Below, in pieces: positions 37,781 to 46,855 of a stretch of DNA of 64,000 nucleotides. Position numbers and translations under genes: made by a program. A model generated the notes under the pieces. That model saw only the letters and a list, made by a program, of their open reading frames with translations. It was not told the origin of the DNA and did not search any database. Location: positions 224,001 to 288,000 of the IMG/VR virus record IMGVR_UViG_3300049988_000286; one strand, given 5' to 3'. The stretch comes from a virus (lineage: Duplodnaviria; Caudoviricetes). Position 1 is the first letter of the stretch, and the number at the start of each line of letters is the position of its first letter.

Positions 37781-38972
37781 TTGGCATCGGCATCACATAG
37801 CCGAGCACGGTATGCTCTTGGACCTCCTCCGGGAAGAGAAAGAACACTTGGTTCGCGGGACGCCCATCGGTAGCGGGTTGCTCTCCCCGGAACATGACCG
37901 AGTACATGAAATGGATACCCGACGCGCCGGGGGTACCGCCAACATAGCATTGGTTCATCAGCATCCCGTTCCAGCCGCTGGCCCTCACACCCACGACTTC
38001 AACCTCATAGGCGCGTTCGATGAAGTCAAGCTTCTCGCGAATATCTCGCTTCGCATAGTCGGGGATGCGCCCCTGTGGCTGTCTCGTGCGTACACCTTTC
38101 AGATAGTTCTTCACGAAGACACCGCGCCAGTAGAGGAAATCACCGGTTCGGCCAAAGGAGGCTCGCAGCTTCGTCCCGATCTTCACCTTCGGGCTGGGAA
38201 GATCATAGGCGCGACCCTTCGGTCTCCGAGGATCGGGTGAGTAGGCCTTCTGTGGCGGCGATGGTGGGGGAGGCGGCGCGGGGGCGAGCATCGAGGCGAT
38301 TGCCTGACGAACTGATCCCCCACCGCTAAATGTTTGCTGGCGACTGCGCCGATAGCGAGCCTCGAACAAGGCTTCTCGCCGCCGCTTAATGTCACTGCCA
38401 GTCGATTTCCAAAGAGGCTTGTGCCAGTAGGAGCGCAGTTCATCACCACGCTCACTCTCTTTGATGGTTTCCAACCGCGTAATCAGCCGCCGCGCTGCCG
38501 CGTACTTTGGTGGTAGAAGGAGAGTGTCATTGTAGACGTGTCCCCCCTCAAGGTCGCGCGCGGCGTTTGCAATGGTGTATAGCCGCAGAGATGCCGCTGT
38601 GGTGATGTTCCCCCAAGCGTCATACCCTTCGATGAGCAACATGACTTCATCGCCGCTCGACCGGAATAGACCTTCGCGACGCGCACCCTGCGTGTTTGGC
38701 TCGGGGCCGCGATCCAGCCACCCCTTCACCTTGGCGTAGAGGCTCATCTGCTCGGCAGCGTAGTCCATCTGCTTGGTGGAGTAGTCGCTGTCCAAGTCAG
38801 GGAATGAAAATTCATCCATTGCCCGGTGCTGCATCGCGAGATGGATCATCACGCTGATCTGCTCGGTGGTAAGCCCGGCAATGCCAGAGAGATACCCCTC
38901 GACGGGATCGCCATCCTCGTCCACCTCTGCGGTATCGATCTTCATGAAGATGGGGCGCGGTTTGAATCTCAT
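37770..38972 (-). CDS. two-domain hypothetical protein with Pro-rich linker
   Basis: APAPPPPPSPPQK linker; start moved to MRFKPR. Confidence 0.7.
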   Translation of the reverse strand: MRFKPRPIFMKIDTAEVDEDGDPVEGYLSGIAGLTTEQISVMIHLAMQHRAMDEFSFPDLDSDYSTKQMDYAAEQMSLYAKVKGWLDRGPEPNTQGARREGLFRSSGDEVMLLIEGYDAWGNITTAASLRLYTIANAARDLEGGHVYNDTLLLPPKYAAARRLITRLETIKESERGDELRSYWHKPLWKSTGSDIKRRREALFEARYRRSRQQTFSGGGSVRQAIASMLAPAPPPPPSPPQKAYSPDPRRPKGRAYDLPSPKVKIGTKLRASFGRTGDFLYWRGVFVKNYLKGVRTRQPQGRIPDYAKRDIREKLDFIERAYEVEVVGVRASGWNGMLMNQCYVGGTPGASGIHFMYSVMFRGEQPATDGRPANQVFFLFPEEVQEHTVLGYVMPMPNEN

Positions 38973-39042
38973 CCTTGGCGTATCGCTGATGAGCGACGAA
39001 CTGTCAATTGACTTCTCGACCACGTAGCGGTTAGATCGCGGG

Positions 39043-39450
39043 ATGAATGTCGATCTCGACCTATACGCGATCTCGGGAGATTTCTCGTTCCTGTGCGCGG
39101 CCCTCGGCCTCTGCGACGATAGCAAAATCGATTACTTGGAAACGTCGAGCTACCCGAGCATCTACCCGGATGAGACGCGATATTGTGATGCGTGGATCGC
39201 GCATCGGTTGTGCACCAGTGATCACACTATCGCGTGGTGTGTGCCGCATTATCAGCAAGGCAATGTCAAACGGCGCATCGAGGCGATCACTGATCAGATC
39301 GGACATCGACGTGGGCGGTTGCTCATTCGCAGCACTGGCCCCTACTCGGTTGTGGGAATGACGTTCGACATCGCAGTTGCGCAGCGATGCAACCTTGCTG
39401 TGAAGAAAAACCTCATGGCGCGATCGAACCAGATGATCACCATCGTCTAA
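39043..39450 (+). CDS. hypothetical protein
   Basis: 135-aa ORF. Confidence 0.6.
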   Translation: MNVDLDLYAISGDFSFLCAALGLCDDSKIDYLETSSYPSIYPDETRYCDAWIAHRLCTSDHTIAWCVPHYQQGNVKRRIEAITDQIGHRRGRLLIRSTGPYSVVGMTFDIAVAQRCNLAVKKNLMARSNQMITIV

Positions 39451-39457
39451 ATACCTG

Positions 39458-40399
39458 ATGAGAAAATGGATCGACCTCCTCAACGAGAACGCAGAGGTGC
39501 ATCACAAGTCGTTCAAGAACGAGTTGGGCAACGAGATCGAAGCCCGCGTGACGAAGTACGATGACGGTCGCAAAGAGCCCGTGAAGCTGCAACTCATCGG
39601 TCCCGACTCGGAGTCGGAGAACGACATCACCACCAAGGAAGCAGAGGTGGTTCACGCCCTGTTGACCAATGCCCTCTATCCCGAGCAGCTAGAGGAAGAG
39701 GCGCTCGACTTCGACGATTCCCATTACAGGGATGAGCACGGCAGTCCCAATTACGAGACGCGCGCACACGCGGTCATCGCCTCGGTGAAGGACTTCGCTG
39801 GACCCCTCCCCATCACCGTTGAGTTGCAGCCCTACCGAAATTATTTTACCCACGCTGTGCAGGGTGTGACGCTGACCGATCTCTACGCTCGCGAACCCGG
39901 CTCCGGCACCGGCTCGGCGGTGATGCGCCACATGTGTGAGATCGCCGACCGTGCAGAGATCAACCTCTACACCGATCCCGAGGGACCGCGCTCCAAGGCC
40001 TTCTATGAGAAGTTTGGGTTCGAGCGCAACCGGAACAACTCCCCGATGCTGGTCCGATACGCGGACGTGCCGGTCTGGGATGACGATGAGGGATTGATGG
40101 AAGGCAGCACCCCCACCCTCTACCCCGCGATCAGGATCGGGCGTAAGCTCTTCACAGCGAGGGATCAGGGCGCGACGCACTTCGATGCCCTTGATCTCAT
40201 CACTGATCCACAAGCGCGCGGCGCTGCGATGCTCGACGGTGACAATCGCGGGTTCGTGGATGAGCGGGGCCGGTGGAAGAACCGTGCCAAGGCAGCCCAA
40301 TACGCGCGCGACTACCAGCTATTCGACACACAGCATCCCGAATACCGCGCTTGGATGAAGGACGCGTATGAACTCTCCTCGGAGACGCCGCTCCGATAA
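39458..40399 (+). CDS. multi-domain protein with central GNAT acetyltransferase; putative packaged polyprotein
   Basis: DLYAREPGSGTGSAVM...FYEKFGF; N-terminus MRKWIDLLNE; TAAATA-N4-ATG. Confidence 0.8.
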   Translation: MRKWIDLLNENAEVHHKSFKNELGNEIEARVTKYDDGRKEPVKLQLIGPDSESENDITTKEAEVVHALLTNALYPEQLEEEALDFDDSHYRDEHGSPNYETRAHAVIASVKDFAGPLPITVELQPYRNYFTHAVQGVTLTDLYAREPGSGTGSAVMRHMCEIADRAEINLYTDPEGPRSKAFYEKFGFERNRNNSPMLVRYADVPVWDDDEGLMEGSTPTLYPAIRIGRKLFTARDQGATHFDALDLITDPQARGAAMLDGDNRGFVDERGRWKNRAKAAQYARDYQLFDTQHPEYRAWMKDAYELSSETPLR

Positions 40400-40458
40400 T
40401 GGGGAAGATCGCCTCGTTCTAAATTGCAGCACAGGCAGGGATGAGGTAACTACCCTGA

Positions 40459-40926
40459 ATGGTTGACCTCACCCGCTTGTGCGCCCTCGCAACGACGATC
40501 ACCAAAGAATTCGGCACGAGGGCATTTCCCAGTCCCCACCATCTTTGCAACCGAGACGCATTGTTCGGCCCTTTGGAGATGCTGTCTTGGCTCGACCTGA
40601 CCAATGATGGCAGATACCAATATAGCACGCGCGGCATTGGTAGCCTTCACTACACATTCAAGCATGACATTGCCGAAGTCTATATTCGACACCAAGGACG
40701 CACCGAGCAACTGGGAAATAACTATAAGGTGCGATCGGGACCGTGGGAAGCCATGATCGAGGAGCACCTCTGCTGGTTCGAGGCTGATGTGGAAGCCGCT
40801 GTGATGATGCGGCAACAAGTCATTCGCGACGCCGAGGCGGCGCAGAAACAACATGAAGCAGATAGAGAGGTGGCTCATCAGCGAGCCTTGGTGGAGTTTT
40901 GGGAAGAATCGATCAAACCCGCGTGA
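40459..40926 (+). CDS. hypothetical protein
   Basis: TTGCAG-N17-TAACTA-N6-ATG. Confidence 0.65.
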   Translation: MVDLTRLCALATTITKEFGTRAFPSPHHLCNRDALFGPLEMLSWLDLTNDGRYQYSTRGIGSLHYTFKHDIAEVYIRHQGRTEQLGNNYKVRSGPWEAMIEEHLCWFEADVEAAVMMRQQVIRDAEAAQKQHEADREVAHQRALVEFWEESIKPA

Positions 40927-41206
40927 GATCGTCGGCGAACATCAGCCGGAACAGTGTCCAATCCTCCAAGGTGCGGAAACCAATCTCGCGCTTGTCCAGT
41001 CCCCGCGCATAGAAGGTGCAGGGAGCATAGCCGAGATTGTCCCACCCCCATATCGCATACCGCTCGTCGAGGATGAGTCGCATGTAGCGGTTGGCAGTAA
41101 GCATCCGCCATGGAATCTCTACCCAGATCGTGATGTCGGGATAGCCGTGCCGCCGCGTCCATGCGGAGAGGAAAGGTTCGTTGATCATCGATAGTTCATG
41201 AAGCAT
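40913..41206 (-). CDS. family B small protein
   Basis: IGFRTLEDWTLFRLMF. Confidence 0.65.
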   Translation of the reverse strand: MLHELSMINEPFLSAWTRRHGYPDITIWVEIPWRMLTANRYMRLILDERYAIWGWDNLGYAPCTFYARGLDKREIGFRTLEDWTLFRLMFADDLTRV

Positions 41207-41463
41207 AGCAGCGCGTCACTCTCATGCTTGAACGACATGCCCCAGAAACGAAGATTGCGCTCAATCGTCTTTGGGGTGATGTCGAGCATGTCGAGGAGCC
41301 ATTGCGTAACCTCCACACGACCATCCTCCGATAGATCGCAGTAATGACCTTCCGCGCTTACCTCGGACAACGAGACGATCCAGATATGATCTTCAACTTC
41401 GCTCATCCCGGTTGCAGTAACGCGATATGGACCAAACGATCCCCGGTTGCGAAAATGTCCCAT
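41185..41463 (-). CDS. family B small protein
   Basis: MSFKHESDALLCFM; TTGACC-N17-TATCAA-N6-ATG. Confidence 0.7.
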   Translation of the reverse strand: MGHFRNRGSFGPYRVTATGMSEVEDHIWIVSLSEVSAEGHYCDLSEDGRVEVTQWLLDMLDITPKTIERNLRFWGMSFKHESDALLCFMNYR

Positions 41464-41668
41464 CCCGGCTTGATAGATCAATGATGAAGTTCGGTCAAGG
41501 TGAAGCGAACGCGACACGGTGGTGATCAACTCCACTCCCCTCACGGGGGGTTGCGACTCGCGCCCGCTTCAATGCCGGGGTAGCGCAAACCCGCCAGATT
41601 GACAACATGGCGAAAATAATCCTTGCGCTAATCGTTTATCCGAACTATTGGAGAGGCAGGAGAACGAC

Positions 41669-41947
41669 ATGACCGACGACAACTTCATCGGCCCGCGCGA
41701 GCCCATCGATTGGCGCGCCCTGCTTCACTCTCACCTTCGTGACGCGATGGGCCTCACCCCCAGCGAGGGAAAGTCGTGGACGTTCGACCTGTCCGACACG
41801 GCTCCTGATCAGGTCTACCGTAAGGGTCGTGGTGGAACCGAATTGCGGCCTGTCGTCGTCGATGTTGTGCCCGGACTGGTGCTCATCATTACCGACGATG
41901 ACACGGACTACGCCACGCCGATGGAGACGATCGAGAATCGTCGCTGA
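41669..41947 (+). CDS. hypothetical protein
   Basis: AGGAG SD; TTGACA promoter at ~41599. Confidence 0.7.
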   Translation: MTDDNFIGPREPIDWRALLHSHLRDAMGLTPSEGKSWTFDLSDTAPDQVYRKGRGGTELRPVVVDVVPGLVLIITDDDTDYATPMETIENRR

Positions 41948-42093
41948 TGGCGCTCGCAGACGAAGATCGCGCCCGCTACGATCGCCTCCGCGCGCTCGAA
42001 AAGATCGCCCGTGATGAGCGCTCGGAGGCGGATCAGGCTGAAATCGATCTCCTCCTCGACGCCCTTCGGGAACGCTTCCCCGGCGCGTTCTGA
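41947..42093 (+). CDS. small hypothetical protein (48 aa)
   Basis: MALADEDRARYDRL...; TGATG coupling. Confidence 0.6.
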   Translation: MALADEDRARYDRLRALEKIARDERSEADQAEIDLLLDALRERFPGAF

Positions 42094-42112
42094 AAATTAT
42101 CATGAGAGACCT

Positions 42113-42349
42113 ATGAGCAAGATCGACACCACACTCGCCCGCGAGATCGCACGCCGCCTCCAGCAAGGCATCGTGCATCCCTCCATGGAAGCGGGGATCG
42201 CCCGCGCCATCGAAGTGATCGAGGCGACCTGTGCACACGCAGAGAAGGTAGAGCACTGGCACCGGTACGGTGGCGTCTACGTCTCGAAGGAAGCCGCCGA
42301 TGCAGAGAAGCTGCGACTTTCGAAGCCGAAGACCGATAAGCTGTTTTGA
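42113..42349 (+). CDS. hypothetical protein
   Basis: MSKIDT start with GAGAG SD. Confidence 0.6.
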   Translation: MSKIDTTLAREIARRLQQGIVHPSMEAGIARAIEVIEATCAHAEKVEHWHRYGGVYVSKEAADAEKLRLSKPKTDKLF

Positions 42350-42561
42350 CCATGAACGCCTTCTACGACGCTGCAACGACACGTCTGATCAGCGTCGCGG
42401 CGCTGGCAGTGATTAACCGCATCGAAACCAAGCAGATCAGCGTGGCTGAAGCCGATGCGGAGATCGACGCCATTGCGATCCGTTATCCCGGCGCAGAGCG
42501 TCAGCAGCGCTTCTATGCGGCGATGAAGGCACTCGCCCGCAAGGTCGATGATGTCGATTGA
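42346..42561 (+). CDS. hypothetical protein
   Basis: Coupled ORF. Confidence 0.6.
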   Translation: MTMNAFYDAATTRLISVAALAVINRIETKQISVAEADAEIDAIAIRYPGAERQQRFYAAMKALARKVDDVD

Positions 42562-42592
42562 ATAATTTCGGACTTACAGCTATAATTGCTGG

Positions 42593-42800
42593 ATGACATC
42601 TGATGACATTAACAAAATATACGCCGATCTCTTCAAACTCGGGCGCGAAATGCTGGCCGATGAGGATTACTATGACGGGATCGGGTATTTTCGCGATGAA
42701 GCTTTGAAAGTATTAGCTCAACGCAAATAGAGCACGCATTTTTATCAACATGCTCGCGCGTAGCGATAATCATCTACTCACGCTGGCGTCACTACTGTGA
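42593..42800 (+). pseudogene. apparently +1-frameshifted family A paralogue
   Basis: 45-aa ORF 42593-42730; the +1 frame 42717-42800 ends ARSDNHLLTLASLL*. Confidence 0.5.
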
Positions 42801-42897
42801 GCGATGCGGCGTCTTACTGGGCAAACGTGGGCGGAAAAATAATTGTTGACACTGCACGACCCGCGCTAGAAACCACCGCTAACAAGGGTGGTAGCTG

Positions 42898-43611
42898 ATG
42901 CCGTGGCGATTTTCCAAACGTGTTAAGATCATGCCCGGAGTTACTCTAAACTTCGGTAAACGAGGTGTGTCGGCGTCGGTAGGTCCACGCGGCGCAAAGC
43001 TGAACTTTGGATCGAAGGGCGTGAGGGGCTCGGCTAGCATTCCCGGCACGGGCTTGAGCGCATCGACCATGCTCTACGGTCGAAAGAGGAGCCCATCGCC
43101 ACTCGGAACGCTCCTGTCTTCGCGGAAAAGTCCGTCACGCAGATTAGCTGGGTGTGGATCAGTTCTTGTTGGACTGGCGCTGCTTGGCCTTGTGTCAACC
43201 TGTATGCGCGGAGTTTCGTCATCACCAGAAGCTGCGGCGATCGTTGACATGCCAGCGCTTCTCGACGTTTCGGGCAAAGAGGCCCGAAGTGCCTTGGGTG
43301 CACCATCGGAATGCGACGTTTCAAAGAAGGGCGAGACTTGTCGCTATCGCTTCAAGGAGCGAGATGTAGAGCTTTACTTCCAACGCGGTGCGAGTGCGTC
43401 CGTTACGGTCAGCGGAGTAGATGAGCATTTCGGGTCGTCTTCGTTGCCGGTATTCGGAATCAGAGAGCGCACTCTGACCACCGCGACGCCGATCGTCATC
43501 AGAGCAGATACTACGGTGCGAGGCAAGGCCGCAGCAGTGAGCATGTTCCCACGGAAGGATAACCGTGTCGATTACGTCTATCTCAAAAAAGCGACATTGA
43601 ACAAAAAATAA
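42898..43611 (+). CDS. DUF4236-domain membrane protein
   Basis: WRFSKRVKIMPGVTLNFGKRGVSASVG...IPGTGLS, then a TM helix and a C-terminal domain. Confidence 0.85.
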   Translation: MPWRFSKRVKIMPGVTLNFGKRGVSASVGPRGAKLNFGSKGVRGSASIPGTGLSASTMLYGRKRSPSPLGTLLSSRKSPSRRLAGCGSVLVGLALLGLVSTCMRGVSSSPEAAAIVDMPALLDVSGKEARSALGAPSECDVSKKGETCRYRFKERDVELYFQRGASASVTVSGVDEHFGSSSLPVFGIRERTLTTATPIVIRADTTVRGKAAAVSMFPRKDNRVDYVYLKKATLNKK

Positions 43612-43614
43612 TTG

Positions 43615-43644
43615 TTGACACCCGCGACGCCCTGTGACTAAATA
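43615..43644 (+). promoter_or_regulatory. composite early/late promoter of the tRNA operon
   Basis: A-tract UP element, TTGACA-N17-CTAAAT, overlapping TAAATA. Confidence 0.65.
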
Positions 43645-43649
43645 AGTGC

Positions 43650-43805
43650 ATGTCCACGATGACTCTCTCGACGCGAAAGCGCAAACGCCTCTAAAAGAGA
43701 GCCGCCATGCTGCGCGCTCTCGAAGCAGCCAGCGTGGGAGAGACGATCAGAGATCGTCGGTGTGACAATTCCCAGATTTTGCGCTGTGCTGCTCCCCAGA
43801 GAGGG
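43650..43805 (+). ncRNA. candidate structured RNA leading the tRNA operon
   Basis: Nested stems CTCTC/GAGAG, GCAGC/GCTGC, CAGCG/CGCTG, TGGGA/TCCCA, GACGATC/GATCGTC; upstream CGC-GAAA-GCG hairpin. Confidence 0.5.
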
Positions 43806-43811
43806 TTGAGT

Positions 43812-43886
43812 AGGCCATTAGCTACAATTGGTCAGAGCGGCGGTCTCTTAAATCGCGGGTTGTGGGTTCGAGTCCCACATGGCCTA
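43812..43886 (+). tRNA. trnK: tRNA-Lys(CTT), CCA not encoded
   Basis: AGGCCAT/ATGGCCT acceptor, loop CT-CTT-AA, GTGGG TTCGAGT CCCAC T-arm. Confidence 0.92.
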
Positions 43887-43909
43887 CTCAACCCTCTCTC
43901 TACTTTGAT

Positions 43910-43986
43910 GGGTCCGTAGTTCAATAGGTTCAGAACAACCGGTTCTTACCCGGTATGTCCCCGTTCGAGTCGGGGCGGACTCACCA
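43910..43986 (+). tRNA. trnK: tRNA-Lys(CTT), CCA encoded
   Basis: GGGTCCG/CGGACTC acceptor, ACCGG TT-CTT-AC CCGGT, TTCGAGT T-loop, ACCA. Confidence 0.9.
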
Positions 43987-43998
43987 TCTCATCTTTGT

Positions 43999-44075
43999 GG
44001 GCGCATAGTTCAATAGGTCCAGAACAACCGGTTTTTACCCGGTATGTCTCCGTTCGAGTCGGAGTGCGCTTACCA
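43999..44075 (+). tRNA. trnK: tRNA-Lys(TTT), CCA encoded
   Basis: GGGCGCA/TGCGCTT acceptor, ACCGG TT-TTT-AC CCGGT, TTCGAGT T-loop, ACCA. Confidence 0.9.
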
Positions 44076-44106
44076 TCACGCGCAAACGCCTATATGGACC
44101 CTTCCC

Positions 44107-44277
44107 ATGACCGACCCCACCATCCCCGACCTCTCCCTCCTCACCCTTGACCTAGAGATCGACCCGGAGGGCGACTCCGACTATCTCCGCGTCACGCTCC
44201 GCTACGATGGCGAGACCCTGACCAGCGATTCGGTGCAGTTGCCGAGACGGCGTGACTCCGCGTCGTACTACTACTAA
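44107..44277 (+). CDS. small hypothetical protein (paralogue of 30329-30493)
   Basis: YLRVTLRYDGETLTSDSV. Confidence 0.65.
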   Translation: MTDPTIPDLSLLTLDLEIDPEGDSDYLRVTLRYDGETLTSDSVQLPRRRDSASYYY

Positions 44278-44282
44278 CAGTC

Positions 44283-44595
44283 ATGATCGATAGTACCACT
44301 CTGGTCGGATCGTACCGAGATTTAGCTGCCATCCTCTACTCGCTGTTTCGAACAGAATGTGAGATGATACTGCCTTCAAGACGTAGGCGGGTAAACTCTG
44401 GCATCTACGTATAAATTTGCGTGCCAAGGATATTCGATTGCAGTGTTGACTTCTATTCGGGATGGGACATGTCCTGTTCGCCGCTATTACCTTCGATTCA
44501 GCAATGCGGTTGTAGTTTGCGAGGAAACCGCTCAAAAAGGCATGATGCTGCTTCGAGGCGATGACCATACCCTCACGCTGGCATCGCTCCTCTAA
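44283..44595 (+). pseudogene. family A paralogue, +1 frameshift near 44410
   Basis: MIDSTT...SGIYV* then the +1 frame continues YKF...RYYLRF...LLRGDDHTLTLASLL*. Confidence 0.6.
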
Positions 44596-44632
44596 CCCTT
44601 GACCCCATAGTTCGCCCCTGCTATGCCGAGCC

Positions 44633-44920
44633 ATGGCCCCAGAATTCCATCTACTCGTTCGCCTGATCCGCCAAGCCAAATCGCTGGACCTTGGTCGCTC
44701 CCGGCGGCTAGGCCCGTGGGGCGAGGCGCTCGCGCACTCTTTGGTGGGTAGCGGTTATGCCTTGATGGTCTTCTCGCTCTGGAAAGGCGATGTGCCGCTC
44801 GGGCACCGTCACTACCTCCGGTTCAATGGCATGTTGTTGGTCATCGATGAGAGCGGTGGGGGTGATTTCTCGTATCGGCGCGGCGACGATCATACCTTCA
44901 CTTTAGCGGCACTGCTATGA
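44633..44920 (+). CDS. family A paralogue
   Basis: HYLRFNG...YRRGDDHTFTLAALL*. Confidence 0.85.
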   Translation: MAPEFHLLVRLIRQAKSLDLGRSRRLGPWGEALAHSLVGSGYALMVFSLWKGDVPLGHRHYLRFNGMLLVIDESGGGDFSYRRGDDHTFTLAALL

Positions 44921-45192
44921 CCGACGCTATTTTCCACCGGTTGATCAAGCAGTTATGCGCTAGCACGATCTTTGTTTCCACCAGAGCCTTGAAGGATGGC
45001 GAAATTCGTCTTTATTCTAAAGATGCGGGACACTATAGCGTGCACATCATTTCTACGCGTCTACTGGATCGTTTCGCCTATCGTTACAATATCTGCTTCT
45101 CTGGCCACCGCGTCGCGATTGCGATGTCGCAGGGTGGCTTGCGGCTAGTGCACGGTGACGAGCACGCCCTCACCTTGGCGGCACTGCTATGA
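44917..45192 (+). CDS. family A paralogue
   Basis: RYNICFSGHRV...LVHGDEHALTLAALL*. Confidence 0.85.
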   Translation: MTDAIFHRLIKQLCASTIFVSTRALKDGEIRLYSKDAGHYSVHIISTRLLDRFAYRYNICFSGHRVAIAMSQGGLRLVHGDEHALTLAALL

Positions 45193-45503
45193 TCGATCTC
45201 GAAGCCCTCATGGACCGTCTCACCTCCACAACGCCAGTGCGCGTTAGTGAGAGGGATGGTAAGAGGAAGCTCTTCGGTAATCGTCACCGCCTATACTGCT
45301 ACGGGGGCAGTGACGGTAGCTTCTGCCTCTTCTGCACAACCGTTGACAGTTTTAATGGTACTTCTTGTCACTATCGGTACAATCTTGTCTTCTCGGGGGA
45401 GCGACTGGTTATTGAGGTGAGGTTTGATCGGCCAACTGATAAGCGGACCTTCACGATGATCCGGGGCGATGATCACGTCCTCACTTTGGCAGCCCTCCTT
45501 TAG
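45189..45503 (+). CDS. family A paralogue
   Basis: RYNLVFSGERLVIE...MIRGDDHVLTLAALL*. Confidence 0.85.
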   Translation: MIDLEALMDRLTSTTPVRVSERDGKRKLFGNRHRLYCYGGSDGSFCLFCTTVDSFNGTSCHYRYNLVFSGERLVIEVRFDRPTDKRTFTMIRGDDHVLTLAALL

Positions 45504-45538
45504 CTTGACCGTTGAGGTTAAGTAGATCATACGACAGT

Positions 45539-45856
45539 ATGGCACGCACACTTTGCCCGCTTGGACGGATGGTCGAAGACCTTGGGTCGCGCCATGCCGC
45601 GACGCCAGTCACGGGCAAGGCACAAAGGCAGTTCAGGGGTGGGTTGGTCAATCGTCTTCGTATCATTGCCGATGTCTACACCTTGGTAGGCCTGACGCAG
45701 CGGAACGAGAAAGGGGCCGTGATCGCCCATCGCTACCACATCCGCTTTTCCGGATATTGCGTCACCGTTGAGGAAATACTTCACGGCTATGGTCTATCCA
45801 GCTTTCGCCTCTACCGTGGCGACGATCATGCCCTCACCCTCGTGGCGCTATTGTGA
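45539..45856 (+). CDS. family A paralogue
   Basis: RYHIRFSGYCV...LYRGDDHALTLVALL*. Confidence 0.85.
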   Translation: MARTLCPLGRMVEDLGSRHAATPVTGKAQRQFRGGLVNRLRIIADVYTLVGLTQRNEKGAVIAHRYHIRFSGYCVTVEEILHGYGLSSFRLYRGDDHALTLVALL

Positions 45857-46125
45857 TGGAGATATCACCCGATCATATCCTTTTGCGGCGGATACGCGGC
45901 ACAGCGCAGTTCAAACTCATCGGTCGTCGAGGAATCTTTTCCCTGTATCGTAGCGACAGTCTGGTAGGCGCGTATATCCATTACCTCTATTACGGACTGG
46001 TCCGATATAGATACAATATTGTCCTTGATGGTTGCCGCGTAGTAATCAAGGCCGATCCAGAAACGGATCACTACACGCTCGTCCACGGTGATGAACACAC
46101 CCTCGTGCTCGCCTCCCTACTCTGA
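45853..46125 (+). CDS. family A paralogue
   Basis: RYNIVLDGCRVV...LVHGDEHTLVLASLL*. Confidence 0.85.
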   Translation: MMEISPDHILLRRIRGTAQFKLIGRRGIFSLYRSDSLVGAYIHYLYYGLVRYRYNIVLDGCRVVIKADPETDHYTLVHGDEHTLVLASLL

Positions 46126-46163
46126 CGATTGACCGTAGAGTTCGGCAATGATAGAGGCGGGGT

Positions 46164-46520
46164 ATGAGTATGTTCTCCGCCCTCCGCCGCGCGATATTCG
46201 GTCCTTGCATCCCCGTTCCGGCAACCCCGGCGGAATCGGAAGTGATGGTCGAAGACATCACGCCCATCTACCTCGACATCGAGACCGATCGTGGCACCTA
46301 CCGCTGTCACAAGTGCTCGCAGATGCGCGCCGGGGAGATTATCCACATGCCAGATGGTGTGGGCCAGTTTGGCGACACGGGCGAGCATCTCGTCGAGGTC
46401 ATGCGCTACCATCAGGCATCGTGGAACACTCATTCATCGGGATGGTGTGTCGCGTGTGTGCGCAAGATCATCGCGCGCAACTCGCTTCAGCGCTTCTTCG
46501 TCCTGCGGCGTCGCGGGTGA
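46164..46520 (+). CDS. Zn-finger hypothetical protein
   Basis: CHKC...CVAC. Confidence 0.7.
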   Translation: MSMFSALRRAIFGPCIPVPATPAESEVMVEDITPIYLDIETDRGTYRCHKCSQMRAGEIIHMPDGVGQFGDTGEHLVEVMRYHQASWNTHSSGWCVACVRKIIARNSLQRFFVLRRRG

Positions 46521-46855
46521 GGTTTCCGCGCATCACCGAGAAGGTATTGCTGGCGCGTGGTGTGGACATTGATCACCGCCACCACATCTTCCGTGTCTTC
46601 GATCAGATGCGTCTTGGCTGGCAAGAGCGCCAGCCGATTGTTTCGAGAGGCTGCACCCTTTACCGCTACAGCGATGGGGTGAACCACTATTGCGAGTTGT
46701 TCTTCTACGTGCACCACACAGTATTTGTTCGAGCCTCCCTCATTATGCAGGGCTTGCCCCGGATAGTCATCATCGAGCGGACGAATGCAATTGAGAACGG
46801 TTGCCGTCTCGTCCAAGGTGATGAACACGCTCTTGCACTGGCGACGCTGCTATGA
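46517..46855 (+). CDS. family A paralogue
   Basis: GTG start overlapping the upstream TGA; ends LVQGDEHALALATLL*. Confidence 0.8.
   Translation: MRFPRITEKVLLARGVDIDHRHHIFRVFDQMRLGWQERQPIVSRGCTLYRYSDGVNHYCELFFYVHHTVFVRASLIMQGLPRIVIIERTNAIENGCRLVQGDEHALALATLL

Noticed and set aside
43707-43919. 70-aa ORF upstream of and overlapping the tRNAs
   Set aside because: Overlaps tRNA-Lys and a structured RNA; no SD.
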